From an uncultured bacterium (lineage in GTDB: Bacteria; Ratteibacteria; UBA8468; B48-G9; DSTR01), in the NCBI GenBank assembly GCA_964645405.1, contig CAZYCA010000029.1:28047-92046 (forward strand): 64,000 nt of DNA. The letters run 5' to 3'. Positions 10,175 to 19,454 of the stretch are shown here, one piece after another. Both the position numbers and the translations under genes were made by a program. Positions within the stretch are counted from its first letter, which is position 1; each line of letters starts with the position of its first letter. The notes under the pieces were generated by a model. That model was not told the origin of the DNA. It did not search any database and saw nothing but the letters and a program-made list of their open reading frames with translations.

Positions 10175-11852
10175 CTTCCTTTTTTGTCGTGTAGAGAACT
10201 TCGCTTATGGTGGTAATTCCGCTGATTACCTTTTGCACCCCATCTTCTCTTAAGGTTCTCATCCCGGAAGCCCTTGCTGCCTGCCTCAGGGCAGTCAGAG
10301 AAGGATTCCTCACTGTCAGCCGTCTGATTTCTTCGTTCATCACCATCAGCTCGTAAAGACCTGTACGACCAGCAAAACCTGTCCCTTTACAATGATGGCA
10401 GCCGTTGCCCCGGGCATAACGAACCTGCTTTTCCAGAAGGTCAAGGGATAATTCCTTCACTTCCTCTGGAGAAGCCTGGTAAAACTCCTTACAGTGGGGA
10501 CAGATGGTTCTGACCAGCCTCTGGTTTAAAACCCCAATCAAGGAGGAACTCACCAGGTATGATTCTACACCCATATCCAGAAGCCTGATGACAGCCCCGC
10601 AAGCAGTATTGGTGTGCAGGGTAGAAAGAACTAACTGACCGGTCTGGGCAGCCCGGAAGGCAATGGAGGCAGTCTCTAAATCCCGAATCTCACCAATCAT
10701 CACCACGTTGGGGTCCTGCCTCAGAATAGAACGCAGGGCTGCTGCAAAGGTTAGCCCGGCCTTGGGATTAATCTGGGTCTGGTCCACATTTTTCAGGTGG
10801 TACTCCACCGGGTCTTCCACTGTCATAATCTTGCGATGAATGCTGTCCAGTTCATTTAATGAAGAGTAAAGGGTGGTAGTCTTACCACTACCTGTAGGTC
10901 CGGTAACCAGCAACATTCCGTAAGGTTCATCCAGAAGCATGCGCCAGCGGTGCAATACTTCTGGTAGAAAACCCAACTGCTCCAGCCCGGAAAGAATGTT
11001 GGTTTTGTCCAGTACCCGGAGTGCCACCATTTCTCCAAAAATAGTGGGAAAAGTAGAAACCCTTAAATCAACATCCCGGCTGGGCAGTCTTATCTTGAAG
11101 TAGCCATCCTGGGGAACACGTTTTTCCGCAATATCCAGATTGGCGAGGACCTTTATATGGGAGACAACAGCGGAGTAAAGTTCTAAGGGTGGGGAGGGAA
11201 ATTCATAAAGAAGTCCATTGATACGGTAACGTGTCCGCAGGCTCTCCTCTTCCACCTCCAGGTGAATATCTGTGGCTCTTAATTCTACAGCCTGAGCCAC
11301 AATTTCCTCCACCACCCGGGCGGCTGAAGATTCACTTACTTCCCTCACATTAACAGGTGAGACAAACTGGCTGGAAGTAGCCATTTTCTGTGCCGGGGAG
11401 ATAATCTCCAGGTTGCCCTGGGCAAATAATCTTTCAATTGCTTCCCGGACTTCGTTTTCCTTAGCTAATCTTGGCTCAATTTTCAAACCGGATATTTTCT
11501 CCAGTTCCTGGGTGACAAGCTGGTCCGCAGGGTCTACCATAGCACAGACCAGCTTACCACCTCCTTTATGCACAGGCACAACCTGGTATCTCTTACAGGT
11601 AAACTCCGGTAAACTATTCAGAACCTCCCTTGGTATTTCCATATCCTTGATGTTGAGACTGGGAATTTTCAATTCTCTCAGGACAAAGGAATGCCAGCGC
11701 TCGGCTGACAGCAGTCCAAACCTGATAAGCAGGTAACCAAAGGGGGAACCTGTTTTTTCTCTTTCCTTCAACACCACCTGGATTTGTTCCTCTTTCAGGC
11801 TTTCCTTCTCCTTGAGAAGATTACAGACTTTCAATACCTGCTGGTTTTCCAT
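10167..11852 (-). CDS. Type II secretion / type IV pilus assembly ATPase (GspE/PilB family)
   Basis: ATDIHLE, LDIAEKRVPQDG, GPTGSGKTT, EDPVE, LRQDP..GEIRD, STLHTN and tetracysteine motif. Confidence 0.95.
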   Translation of the reverse strand: MENQQVLKVCNLLKEKESLKEEQIQVVLKEREKTGSPFGYLLIRFGLLSAERWHSFVLRELKIPSLNIKDMEIPREVLNSLPEFTCKRYQVVPVHKGGGKLVCAMVDPADQLVTQELEKISGLKIEPRLAKENEVREAIERLFAQGNLEIISPAQKMATSSQFVSPVNVREVSESSAARVVEEIVAQAVELRATDIHLEVEEESLRTRYRINGLLYEFPSPPLELYSAVVSHIKVLANLDIAEKRVPQDGYFKIRLPSRDVDLRVSTFPTIFGEMVALRVLDKTNILSGLEQLGFLPEVLHRWRMLLDEPYGMLLVTGPTGSGKTTTLYSSLNELDSIHRKIMTVEDPVEYHLKNVDQTQINPKAGLTFAAALRSILRQDPNVVMIGEIRDLETASIAFRAAQTGQLVLSTLHTNTACGAVIRLLDMGVESYLVSSSLIGVLNQRLVRTICPHCKEFYQASPEEVKELSLDLLEKQVRYARGNGCHHCKGTGFAGRTGLYELMVMNEEIRRLTVRNPSLTALRQAARASGMRTLREDGVQKVISGITTISEVLYTTKKEDE

Positions 11853-11861
11853 CAGTCTTCC

Positions 11862-14063
11862 CTATTTCAGGCCAATCATCTGCCGGAAAATTCTCACTGT
11901 TTCTTTACACTTACTGTAGATTTCCTTTTTCTTAAACAGCAGGTTCTCTTCATTCACATCTTCAGCCTTCAGCTGAATATGAATCCTCAGGCACTGGGAA
12001 GTACCGGAAGGCCTGATGGTTAAATAATTCAGCCCCCCTTCTCCAAAGAAATAACGAATCCCTTCATCTGGAAAACCTTTCCAGTGGTGTAGCTGGTCAT
12101 ACTTTCCTGTCCGGTATATTTCTACCCGGGTAATTTTTTTCTCCCCCAGAGAAACACTTTCCCCGGATTCCACTTTCCTGGCAATCTCATCAGCCTTTCT
12201 CAGAACCTGAATCTTCCGGGAAAGCCCGGTGAAACCTTCATACTGACCCCAGTAAGGTTCAGGTTCATAATAGTTGGCAAACAATCCAATCTGCGGGTCA
12301 AGATAAATCTTTCTGTCAATCAGCTCCAGAAGGCTGCTACCCTGTTGCCTGGCATAGGCTGCTACCTCTGCCAGAAGTACTGCGGCTAAAGTACCATCTT
12401 TATCCCGGACATGTCCGTTTTCGCCCAGCCTTTCTCCAGCTCGGGGTGGTCCACCAAAGATACTGAAGCCATTGGATTGTTCAAATGCTCCAATGTTAAT
12501 TCTTCTTCCTTCCATGGCGATACTCTGATAAATCAGGTGGGGATACTTTTCAGGCAAAACTTCTTCTCCGCCCCAGACGCGCTCAATACATTCGGAAATC
12601 ATGGCAAACCCTACCCAGGTTTTGATTACACCTGCCCCGTATTTCAGAGCAATCGCCGCTAAGGCATCACTGGTACAGTGGTTCATAACAATGAAATCTC
12701 CGCTGAAATCTCCTCCGGACAGTCTTTTCTTTTCCAGACGGTACCAGAGAAGAATGCTCCAGGCTAAATCAGCATCCAGAAGTAACCAGTCACCTTCCAA
12801 TACAGGTTTTTGGAGAGTTTTGGGCAGGAGAATGTGGGACGGCCGGGCCAGAATTTCTTTATACACTTTTTTCTGGCTGGCTGGCACCTTGATAATTATT
12901 CCTGTCCGGTCAGCATCCGGGTCTGTCCCGATAAGAAGGTCCAGTCTTCTAAAAGACATCCTGCCGTATTCCCGGATAAACTCTTTCACCGCAATGGAAG
13001 CCGCAACCGGGTCTCCAGGGTCCGGCTGTTGTTCTAAAAGGAAACAGGGAAAAAGACCATCAACTTTGTTAAGACTGTGGATAACCTTCAGGTGGCTAAA
13101 TCCTAAATCCTTCAAGATTTTGGGAACTGAGAAACGCCCTGCTCCATGGAAGGCAGAATACCCGAGGAAAATCTTTTTTGCGTACTTTCGAACCAGATCC
13201 TTATCCACGATGAAATTCTTGATATGAGCCAGGTGCGGTGTCTGGATATCAATGAACTTAACTTTTCTATCTTTCCGGGCTGAAGTTTTTCCTCCTATCA
13301 ATGTCAGCCGGCCGGCTTTCTCCCCGGAAGGCTCAGCCAGTTTTATCTCTGCCAGGCTGACTTTTTTTATAAAGTTTTCGTAAATCTCGTTGCGGGCAAC
13401 CACACTGAACTGTGCCCCGGTAGCAGAAACCAGTTTGTAGCCATTGTAACGTTTATCATTATGGCTGGCAGAGATAAGAATACCCATATCCGCTTTCAGA
13501 TAGGGGATGGCAAAGGTAAGTTCAGGGAAGGAACATACCCTGTCAAAAAGGTAAACATCAAGACCTTCTCTCAGAAAAAGAGAAGTCACCAGTTCAGCAA
13601 AGAAACGTCCCTGAACCCGGTTGTCATAACCGATTACAATCTGGCGGAGTTTCTTGCTGGCCGCATACCTGGCAACACCGGCAGACTTATGCAAAAGAAC
13701 AACCTCGTTAATGGTATTGGGACCGCGTAAGATGGCAGATTTGTTTCCTCTCCGGGCAAAATCTTCTAACTCCTTTTCTGTAAAAGCGACCAGCCCCCTG
13801 ATGCCCCCTGTTCCGAAGGCAATCTCGTCCAGGTAAGAATAGATGATGTGGTCAATTCTTCCTTCCTGGAAAGCCTGTCTTAAACCTTCAGCAAAGCCCG
13901 GCACAAGCCTGGTGATGATCTCCTCTTTCTGCCAGCTCTCCAGGTGGGAAAAGACATTTTCTCTCGCCAGTTTATAAAACTCCCCAGAAATTAACCCTGC
14001 AGACTTTTTCTCTTTCAGGTAGCTTTCTATGGCTTTTATTTGCCCCTCAGTAAGCTGCAGCAT
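11862..14063 (-). CDS. Phosphoglucomutase/phosphomannomutase family protein
   Basis: FGTGGIRG, SASHN phosphoserine loop, DPDADR, FEQS, RDKDG, RPSGT; start at MLQLT after GGAGG. Confidence 0.9.
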   Translation of the reverse strand: MLQLTEGQIKAIESYLKEKKSAGLISGEFYKLARENVFSHLESWQKEEIITRLVPGFAEGLRQAFQEGRIDHIIYSYLDEIAFGTGGIRGLVAFTEKELEDFARRGNKSAILRGPNTINEVVLLHKSAGVARYAASKKLRQIVIGYDNRVQGRFFAELVTSLFLREGLDVYLFDRVCSFPELTFAIPYLKADMGILISASHNDKRYNGYKLVSATGAQFSVVARNEIYENFIKKVSLAEIKLAEPSGEKAGRLTLIGGKTSARKDRKVKFIDIQTPHLAHIKNFIVDKDLVRKYAKKIFLGYSAFHGAGRFSVPKILKDLGFSHLKVIHSLNKVDGLFPCFLLEQQPDPGDPVAASIAVKEFIREYGRMSFRRLDLLIGTDPDADRTGIIIKVPASQKKVYKEILARPSHILLPKTLQKPVLEGDWLLLDADLAWSILLWYRLEKKRLSGGDFSGDFIVMNHCTSDALAAIALKYGAGVIKTWVGFAMISECIERVWGGEEVLPEKYPHLIYQSIAMEGRRINIGAFEQSNGFSIFGGPPRAGERLGENGHVRDKDGTLAAVLLAEVAAYARQQGSSLLELIDRKIYLDPQIGLFANYYEPEPYWGQYEGFTGLSRKIQVLRKADEIARKVESGESVSLGEKKITRVEIYRTGKYDQLHHWKGFPDEGIRYFFGEGGLNYLTIRPSGTSQCLRIHIQLKAEDVNEENLLFKKKEIYSKCKETVRIFRQMIGLK

Positions 14064-14166
14064 AACCCCCTCCTTTCCTCTTAAATTATAACGGAAAACA
14101 GGTGTCTCTGGAAACATCTGGCAGGAAATCCCTGGTAAAGGATATAATATTGCTGGAGGAAAGTAT

Positions 14167-14979
14167 TTGGAAAAAGAAAAAATCAGGGAAATTTCCAGAC
14201 ACTGGCAGGAATTTAAAAAGAAAGGAAACCTTGTCTCCCGCAACTTCCTTCTGGTTCATTATCTTCCCCTGGCTAAGTATGTAGCTTCCACTATCCCTGT
14301 TTTTAATTCGCGACTTTGCAGTTATGAAGACCTGGTCAGCTGGGGTGTTATCGGTCTTCTTGATGCTCTAAGCCGCTTTAATCCTGCCCGGGGTGTAAAA
14401 TTTGAAACTTATGCTATTTCCCGTATTCGTGGGGAGATTATGGATAACCTGCGCCGGCTGAATTTTCCTTACCGCTGGCGTAAAAGAAAAATCTTTGAAA
14501 AAACATTTCTGCAGTTGTCTCAAAAACTCGGACGAATCCCTACTGATGAAGAGATAACTAAAGCCCTGGGGGTGGAGGAAAAAAGATATCGTACCTGGTT
14601 AGCCTACCTTGTACCCATCAGTTTGATTTCCTTAGAAGAATTTATTGGCGGCGAAGAAAAGTTATTTGTCAGAGCAGGACAAATGGAGAATCCAGTAGAA
14701 ATTTTAGAAAAGGATGAACGGCTGGAAAAACTAACCAGGGCGCTTTCGGCTCTCCCGGAACGAGAAAGACTTGTTCTCACCCTTTATTACTATGAGGGAT
14801 TGACCATCAACGAGATTGGCGAAGTAATGGGTTTGAGCAAGGGGCGTATCAGTCAACTTCATGGCCATGCTGTTTCTTCTCTGCGGATGGTGCTGGGTGT
14901 AACATTAAACAAGAAAAGGTTTTCTTCCGATACTTTAACGGAGGGAAAAAAAAATGAAACTCTCGGTAGAACAGTTTGA
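14167..14979 (+). CDS. FliA/WhiG family (sigma-28) RNA polymerase sigma factor
   Basis: EDLVSWGVIGLLDAL.RF, KFETYAISRIRGEIMD.LR, LPERERLVLTLYYYEGLT..EIG..MGLS.GRISQLH; TTG start with GGAGG. Confidence 0.92.
   Translation: MEKEKIREISRHWQEFKKKGNLVSRNFLLVHYLPLAKYVASTIPVFNSRLCSYEDLVSWGVIGLLDALSRFNPARGVKFETYAISRIRGEIMDNLRRLNFPYRWRKRKIFEKTFLQLSQKLGRIPTDEEITKALGVEEKRYRTWLAYLVPISLISLEEFIGGEEKLFVRAGQMENPVEILEKDERLEKLTRALSALPERERLVLTLYYYEGLTINEIGEVMGLSKGRISQLHGHAVSSLRMVLGVTLNKKRFSSDTLTEGKKNETLGRTV
14906..14933 (+). promoter_or_regulatory. Putative sigma-28-type promoter (TAAA-N16-TCCGATAC) for the 96-aa gene and downstream genes
   Basis: TAAA at 14906-14909 and TCCGATAC at 14926-14933 versus consensus TAAA-N15/16-GCCGATAA; GGAGG RBS at about 14940, ATG at 14954. 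Confidence 0.55.
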
Positions 14980-15244
14980 AAAAGCCTGGCAGTATCTGGG
15001 ACACCAGAAAAGTTTGGGAGCAAAGCTCAACCTAACGAAGAAAGAAAAAGTTCTTCTTCAGGAATTGATAAAACAGATGCCAGAACGAACACTCCGGCAC
15101 TTAAACTACCAAAAGATTCGCCAGAGTCTTGGCGAGATTTCCTCCAGAGAGGTGGCGAAAAAATTATTCCTGCGCCATCTCACAGATCAGCTGGTAGCCA
15201 GAGAATGGCAGAAAGAAAAAATACCAACCAGGGGAAAAAAATGA
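14954..15244 (+). CDS. Putative FlgM-like anti-sigma-28 factor
   Basis: 96 aa, directly after the sigma-28 gene; IKQMPE...EISSREVAKKL.LR.L.DQL resembles the FlgM C-terminal helices. Confidence 0.5.
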   Translation: MKLSVEQFEKAWQYLGHQKSLGAKLNLTKKEKVLLQELIKQMPERTLRHLNYQKIRQSLGEISSREVAKKLFLRHLTDQLVAREWQKEKIPTRGKK

Positions 15245-16029
15245 AAAGAAAACAAGGTTTTGTCCTCGGCGAATTACTGGTGATTGCAGCTATTCTGTTA
15301 ATTCTGGCTGCCTTATCCGCCCGGGTTATCTCTTCCGTGATTTCTAAAGCCAAAATTGTCAGTGCCAGGGCTTATCTTTCCCAGCTGGCTATGGCTGTGG
15401 AAAATGTCCGGAATGATACCGGAAGTTACCCTGCCTGTCTTGGTGATTTGACCCGGGATAGAAACAATCCACCTGCTGGCTTTTCCCGGTTATGGCAGGG
15501 ACCTTATATTGATAGCCTGAAAAACGACCCCTGGAATACTCCTTACCAGTACACCCTGGTAGAAGAAACTGTAACGGAAACAAAGACAAATGTCCTGTTT
15601 GGCCCGGTAAAAGTGGTTCGCTACAAAGGGACACCGGAGACAGAATACTTTTCTTTTAACGCTGAACAGGGGACGGCTACAGTTCATGTAGAAAATTATT
15701 CTCTTACTTCCTGCGATATCTGTGTGAAAACTGCTTCTGCCGGCTGGCAGGAAGTCGTCCGGGAATCAGAATTCAAGAATCACCCGGTACCACAACTGAT
15801 TGACAATCCTATCCCTTTGCTTTCCGGTATCAACACTATCAAAGTCAGGGCTCGCAGTACCATAGGAGACTATTGCTATATCTCCATTATTCAGACCTCA
15901 GTAACAAGCCTGAAAACCGGCAAGGACTACTTTACTATAACCTGTTTTGGCCGGGATAAAAAAGCAGGAGGCAAAGGTTTTAACCAGGATATCACCTGGG
16001 TATCCAATAAGTACCCTAACATTCAGTAA
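15241..16029 (+). CDS. GspG-like major pseudopilin with an inserted domain of about 125 aa
   Basis: Prepilin site G|FVLGE, hydrophobic helix, DTGSYP, WQGPY, DPWNTPYQY and C-terminal FGRD...GG.G...DI; ATGA-coupled start at 15241. Confidence 0.8.
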   Translation: MKRKQGFVLGELLVIAAILLILAALSARVISSVISKAKIVSARAYLSQLAMAVENVRNDTGSYPACLGDLTRDRNNPPAGFSRLWQGPYIDSLKNDPWNTPYQYTLVEETVTETKTNVLFGPVKVVRYKGTPETEYFSFNAEQGTATVHVENYSLTSCDICVKTASAGWQEVVRESEFKNHPVPQLIDNPIPLLSGINTIKVRARSTIGDYCYISIIQTSVTSLKTGKDYFTITCFGRDKKAGGKGFNQDITWVSNKYPNIQ

Positions 16030-16049
16030 ATAAAAGTCAAGGGGGAAGA

Positions 16050-16577
16050 ATGGTTAAGATACGCCGGAGAAGGTATTTGATTAATAAACCCTTACAGTTT
16101 GCCTTCAGTGGCCTGGCCATCTGGCTTTTACTTATAGGTATAATTCTGACGGGAACGTTCACCTACTCTTTAACTCTCAACACTGTGCTGGAGACCATGT
16201 CTACTTCGGAACCGAAACTGGCAGCCCAGGCCGCACAAATTCTTAGTGAGATAAACCATACTCTGGGGAAAAGATTGGCTCTTCTCTTAGTAAGCCTGAT
16301 TTTTCTTACTGGAGTGTTGGAAGTCTTATATCTACACAGAATAGCAGGTCCTATCTACCGCATAGAACAGACACTCCGCAACTTCCAGGAAGGGAAACCG
16401 TTTACACCTATCCGTTTGCGGCAAAAAGATTTCTTCAAGGAGTTAGCCGAAGCATTGAACAGTTTGATGGAATACCAGCAGGAGAAAGAAAAAAGGATAA
16501 AAGAATTCCTGCAGTTAACCTGTCACTATCAGGAACTGAAAGAAAAAGGAGACCAGATTAAAAAACTATTAAGTTAA
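16050..16577 (+). CDS. Two-TM HAMP-domain membrane protein
   Basis: RRRYLI...LQ N-terminus, two TM helices, HRIAGPIYR...IRLR..D...ELAE.LN HAMP pattern. Confidence 0.75.
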   Translation: MVKIRRRRYLINKPLQFAFSGLAIWLLLIGIILTGTFTYSLTLNTVLETMSTSEPKLAAQAAQILSEINHTLGKRLALLLVSLIFLTGVLEVLYLHRIAGPIYRIEQTLRNFQEGKPFTPIRLRQKDFFKELAEALNSLMEYQQEKEKRIKEFLQLTCHYQELKEKGDQIKKLLS

Positions 16578-16905
16578 GCTTGACTTCCTCTGCATCTCCC
16601 CATAACTTTTCCAGCCGATAAAAATCTCTTGTCTGGGGTAAAAAAATGTGAACCATAATATCGCGGTAATCAAGTAATATCCAGGAACCACCGTCAAAAC
16701 CTTCTGTAGAAGATGGCTTTTCTTTAATTTTTTCCAGGATAGCTTCTGCTAAAGATCTGGTATGTATAGGGGTTGTCCCGGTAAGAATGATGAAGTAATC
16801 TGCAATCCAGGTAACCTTTCTTACATCTAAAACTTTTACATCCTCACCCTTTTTTTCCAGAATAATTTGCAAAAGTTTTTTCAACCTGCGGTTCACATTA
16901 CCCAT
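16558..16905 (-). CDS. rsfS: Ribosome silencing factor RsfS (Iojap)
   Basis: KKGEDV.VLDV, DYFII.TG, WILLDY.DIMVHIF...R.FY.LEKLW. Confidence 0.95.
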   Translation of the reverse strand: MGNVNRRLKKLLQIILEKKGEDVKVLDVRKVTWIADYFIILTGTTPIHTRSLAEAILEKIKEKPSSTEGFDGGSWILLDYRDIMVHIFLPQTRDFYRLEKLWGDAEEVKLNLIVF

Positions 16906-16912
16906 TAGTAAA

Positions 16913-16942
16913 ATTCTACCTGAAGATTCTTTTTCCTGTCAA
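16913..16942 (-). promoter_or_regulatory. Sigma-70 promoter of rsfS (TTGACA-N18-TAGAAT), leaderless architecture
   Basis: -35 at 16942-16937, -10 at 16918-16913, ATG 7 nt downstream, no Shine-Dalgarno. Confidence 0.6.
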
Positions 16943-16974
16943 TCCCGTCAACAGGAAACGCAAAATCCTTTATT

Positions 16975-18246
16975 TTAACGGTGTTTTTTTGGCTGCTGGC
17001 AGAAACTGTCAATAAGTCCGGCTATTTTACGGCTGGCCTCTTCCGGTCCTGCCGGGTCATTCAAAAGATGAGAACCAGCCAGAAGTGCGACTCCGTAGCC
17101 GAATTTCTCCTGGTAATGTTCCCTCAGGTTCTCCGGTATTTTCTCCAGGCTTAACCCGCCAGCAGCCACCGGAATCATATCTTTAATTCCTGTTTTTTCT
17201 TCCCTCATCACCCGGATTAGATGCTTAAGCAGACCTTTTTCCCTGGAACAAACATGGACATCCTGCACTCCAAAAACTCCATGCTGGAAGAAATCTCCGC
17301 CGGCCAACCGCACCAGTTTCACCCAGACCGTATCGTCAATCCGCCTGGGACCAGTGGAAATACCACTTCTGCCGCCACTGTGGGCGTATAAGGGAACATT
17401 AATATCCGGGCATTCCCTTAACATCTGTAAAACTTCCATATTGTGCCCGAGGATGACATTGAGCATCAGTCCTGTGGCACCCCAGTGGATAAATCTTCTG
17501 GCTTTCTCCAGCAATTTATCAGCCCTGGCGACCAGATGAGGGGCATAGATACATCTATTGCCGGTTTCTTTATATGCTTTCCGGAGAGCCTGAGAGACCA
17601 GTTTTATTTTTTTCTCCTCCGGGCAGTACTCTGGACCAAGCATTTTCTCATCATCCTTTATGAACTGGCAGCCGCCTCTGGCTGCCTGGTAACACTTTTC
17701 TGCTACTTCTTCCGGGGTAAGGCCAGCGCAGGGTTTGATAATAGTACCCATAATCGGTCTGGGGTATCTTATTCCCAAAAGCTTCCTTATCCCCTTCAGA
17801 CCAAAACCCGGACCGGGAAACTTTTTCAAAACTTTTTCTGGCAAACGAAAATCTAAAAAGGCGACAGAAGAATAATACACGAATTCCAGCACAGGCCCAC
17901 CCACAGCTAACATCATTATCTGATACAGAAGATTATCCTTTTGGGTATTGGAAAGCGGTGTTCTCATGATAATGACACCTTCTCCTTTACCGTAAACATA
18001 AATTTTGTCTATGTCCGCCATAGCTTTCTGGAATAAAGCTGTCGGGCTTCCCTTTCCCACCCAGCTACCGGTGGTTTCATCCCTGGCCAGTCTTTCTGCC
18101 ATGCCCCGTATGTCTTTCTCTCCCTTAAGGTAAAAAACCAGTTCCAGAGAATCTTCCTGACTGTGGACAGAGCCGACTTTTATAACTTCCTGCACCTTTC
18201 TACCCTTTACTTCTACTGGCTGGTAACCGTCAGAAAATATATTCAT
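16975..18246 (-). CDS. RuBisCO-like protein (form IV RLP)
   Basis: ETTGSW, FPGP.FG..G.R, GTIIKP..GL, FIKDDE, YAH, PVAAGG; no small subunit or phosphoribulokinase nearby. Confidence 0.9.
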   Translation of the reverse strand: MNIFSDGYQPVEVKGRKVQEVIKVGSVHSQEDSLELVFYLKGEKDIRGMAERLARDETTGSWVGKGSPTALFQKAMADIDKIYVYGKGEGVIIMRTPLSNTQKDNLLYQIMMLAVGGPVLEFVYYSSVAFLDFRLPEKVLKKFPGPGFGLKGIRKLLGIRYPRPIMGTIIKPCAGLTPEEVAEKCYQAARGGCQFIKDDEKMLGPEYCPEEKKIKLVSQALRKAYKETGNRCIYAPHLVARADKLLEKARRFIHWGATGLMLNVILGHNMEVLQMLRECPDINVPLYAHSGGRSGISTGPRRIDDTVWVKLVRLAGGDFFQHGVFGVQDVHVCSREKGLLKHLIRVMREEKTGIKDMIPVAAGGLSLEKIPENLREHYQEKFGYGVALLAGSHLLNDPAGPEEASRKIAGLIDSFCQQPKKHR

Positions 18247-19439
18247 TTTTCTCCTTTCAGAAAATTTTCCAGCCCGAAGCAGTGGAAGTATTTGCGTAAA
18301 GCCTTTTTGATTTCTTCTCTGATTAATCCTTCCGGGTCCGGATATAAAACTTTCAGATTTTCCATCATCCTGCTTCTTTTCTCCAGCACTTCCTGGTCAG
18401 CAAAGACATAATGGCCGCAGATACTGGTAAGCTTCAAACGCCAGTAATCATTTTCTAAATTAACATTTCCCCTTTCCTGGTCCAGCCACTTCTGCCACCT
18501 ACCCGTTGCCAGACTTCTGGAAATAAATACTTCCTTAAAACCAGAGATATGTCTAATTCTTCCCCTTTCCCTTAAAAGTTCTTCTTCTGAGGCTAATTTT
18601 AATAGCAACTTGCTTTCTAAAACTCCGAATTCTGGCGCCACATTAGCGCTGGTGATACCGGAAAGCCGGTGCTGAAGAAGAAAATGCTCCTCCAGGTAAT
18701 CAGTGTTATGTTCCTTCAAGCCAACACCAAAGCTACCTGCCAAAGCAGCCATCCTGGTAGCTGCCCGGGGACTGAAACAGCCGACGTTACAGTCCATCTT
18801 TACCAGAGACCCTGTCTGTCCCACAACCAAAACAGGCCGGGGAAGCTTTTTTTTCTGGAGTTTCCCAAGAAGATTCTGTAGCAACCAGCAGAATTTTTCT
18901 TCTTCCATCACACCGGCATAGTTTTCTTCTGTGCCAATCTCGTAGTCCACCGGGGGTAAAGCCATTTTTTTTCTATATTTCTCTATTTCGCCCATCAGGT
19001 AAACCGCATCCCTGACAACCTGAGCAAGGGTGGTATTTTTCCTGCGGGTGGGGTCTATGTGTAAAAGGTGAAACCCGGCTTTTAAATCAGCCTGGTAGGA
19101 AACCAAAGCCTGGCGGAAGGCTACCTCTTCTGGCAGGTAAGGATTTCTTTCCTCATCCCTCTGCCAGGGGCCACCATGGTCTCGTTCCAGAAAATAGACG
19201 GCTCCATCTGCATTTTCCCGGATAAATCTTGCCATTTCCCCTGGAGACCAGCCTCTAACATAGCCCTTCCCTATTTCCGGGGTTTCCACCTGGTTACGAG
19301 AAGCAATAAAAATTACTGGTGCGTTCATTTCCCTGGCAACAGCCAGAGTACAGATGACTGCGTTTTCTGAGACAGGTCCCACGCCCAGAAGTGTTACCTT
19401 TTCCTTACGCGCTCTGGCGACCAGGGTGGCAAATTTCAT
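18243..19439 (-). CDS. GatZ/KbaZ family protein (tagatose-bisphosphate aldolase non-catalytic subunit / tagatose-6-phosphate epimerase-like)
   Basis: IASRNQV, DHGGPWQ, LHIDP, YEIGTEE, KEHNTDY, NVAPEFG motifs. Confidence 0.8.
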   Translation of the reverse strand: MKFATLVARARKEKVTLLGVGPVSENAVICTLAVAREMNAPVIFIASRNQVETPEIGKGYVRGWSPGEMARFIRENADGAVYFLERDHGGPWQRDEERNPYLPEEVAFRQALVSYQADLKAGFHLLHIDPTRRKNTTLAQVVRDAVYLMGEIEKYRKKMALPPVDYEIGTEENYAGVMEEEKFCWLLQNLLGKLQKKKLPRPVLVVGQTGSLVKMDCNVGCFSPRAATRMAALAGSFGVGLKEHNTDYLEEHFLLQHRLSGITSANVAPEFGVLESKLLLKLASEEELLRERGRIRHISGFKEVFISRSLATGRWQKWLDQERGNVNLENDYWRLKLTSICGHYVFADQEVLEKRSRMMENLKVLYPDPEGLIREEIKKALRKYFHCFGLENFLKGEK

Positions 19440-19454
19440 CGCAACCTCGTTCCT

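Noticed and set aside
13076-13084. Isolated perfect DnaA boxes inside genes (also 32140-32148)
   Set aside because: Single intragenic 9-mers with no clustering; may be chance
12601-13227. 208-aa antisense ORF and similar shadow ORFs (e.g. 32137-32580, 33514-33972, 58132-58449)
   Set aside because: Lie opposite well-supported genes and have no motifs or RBS
14954-15244. RsiG-type c-di-GMP-binding anti-sigma
   Set aside because: The ExxxSxxRxxxQxxxD motif is absent; the FlgM-like reading fits better
16614-16621. GCCGATAA, a possible sigma-28 -10 box
   Set aside because: No TAAA at the right spacing, and it is antisense within rsfS
16975-18246. CO2-fixing RuBisCO / Calvin cycle
   Set aside because: Divergent form IV features; no rbcS or phosphoribulokinase in the window
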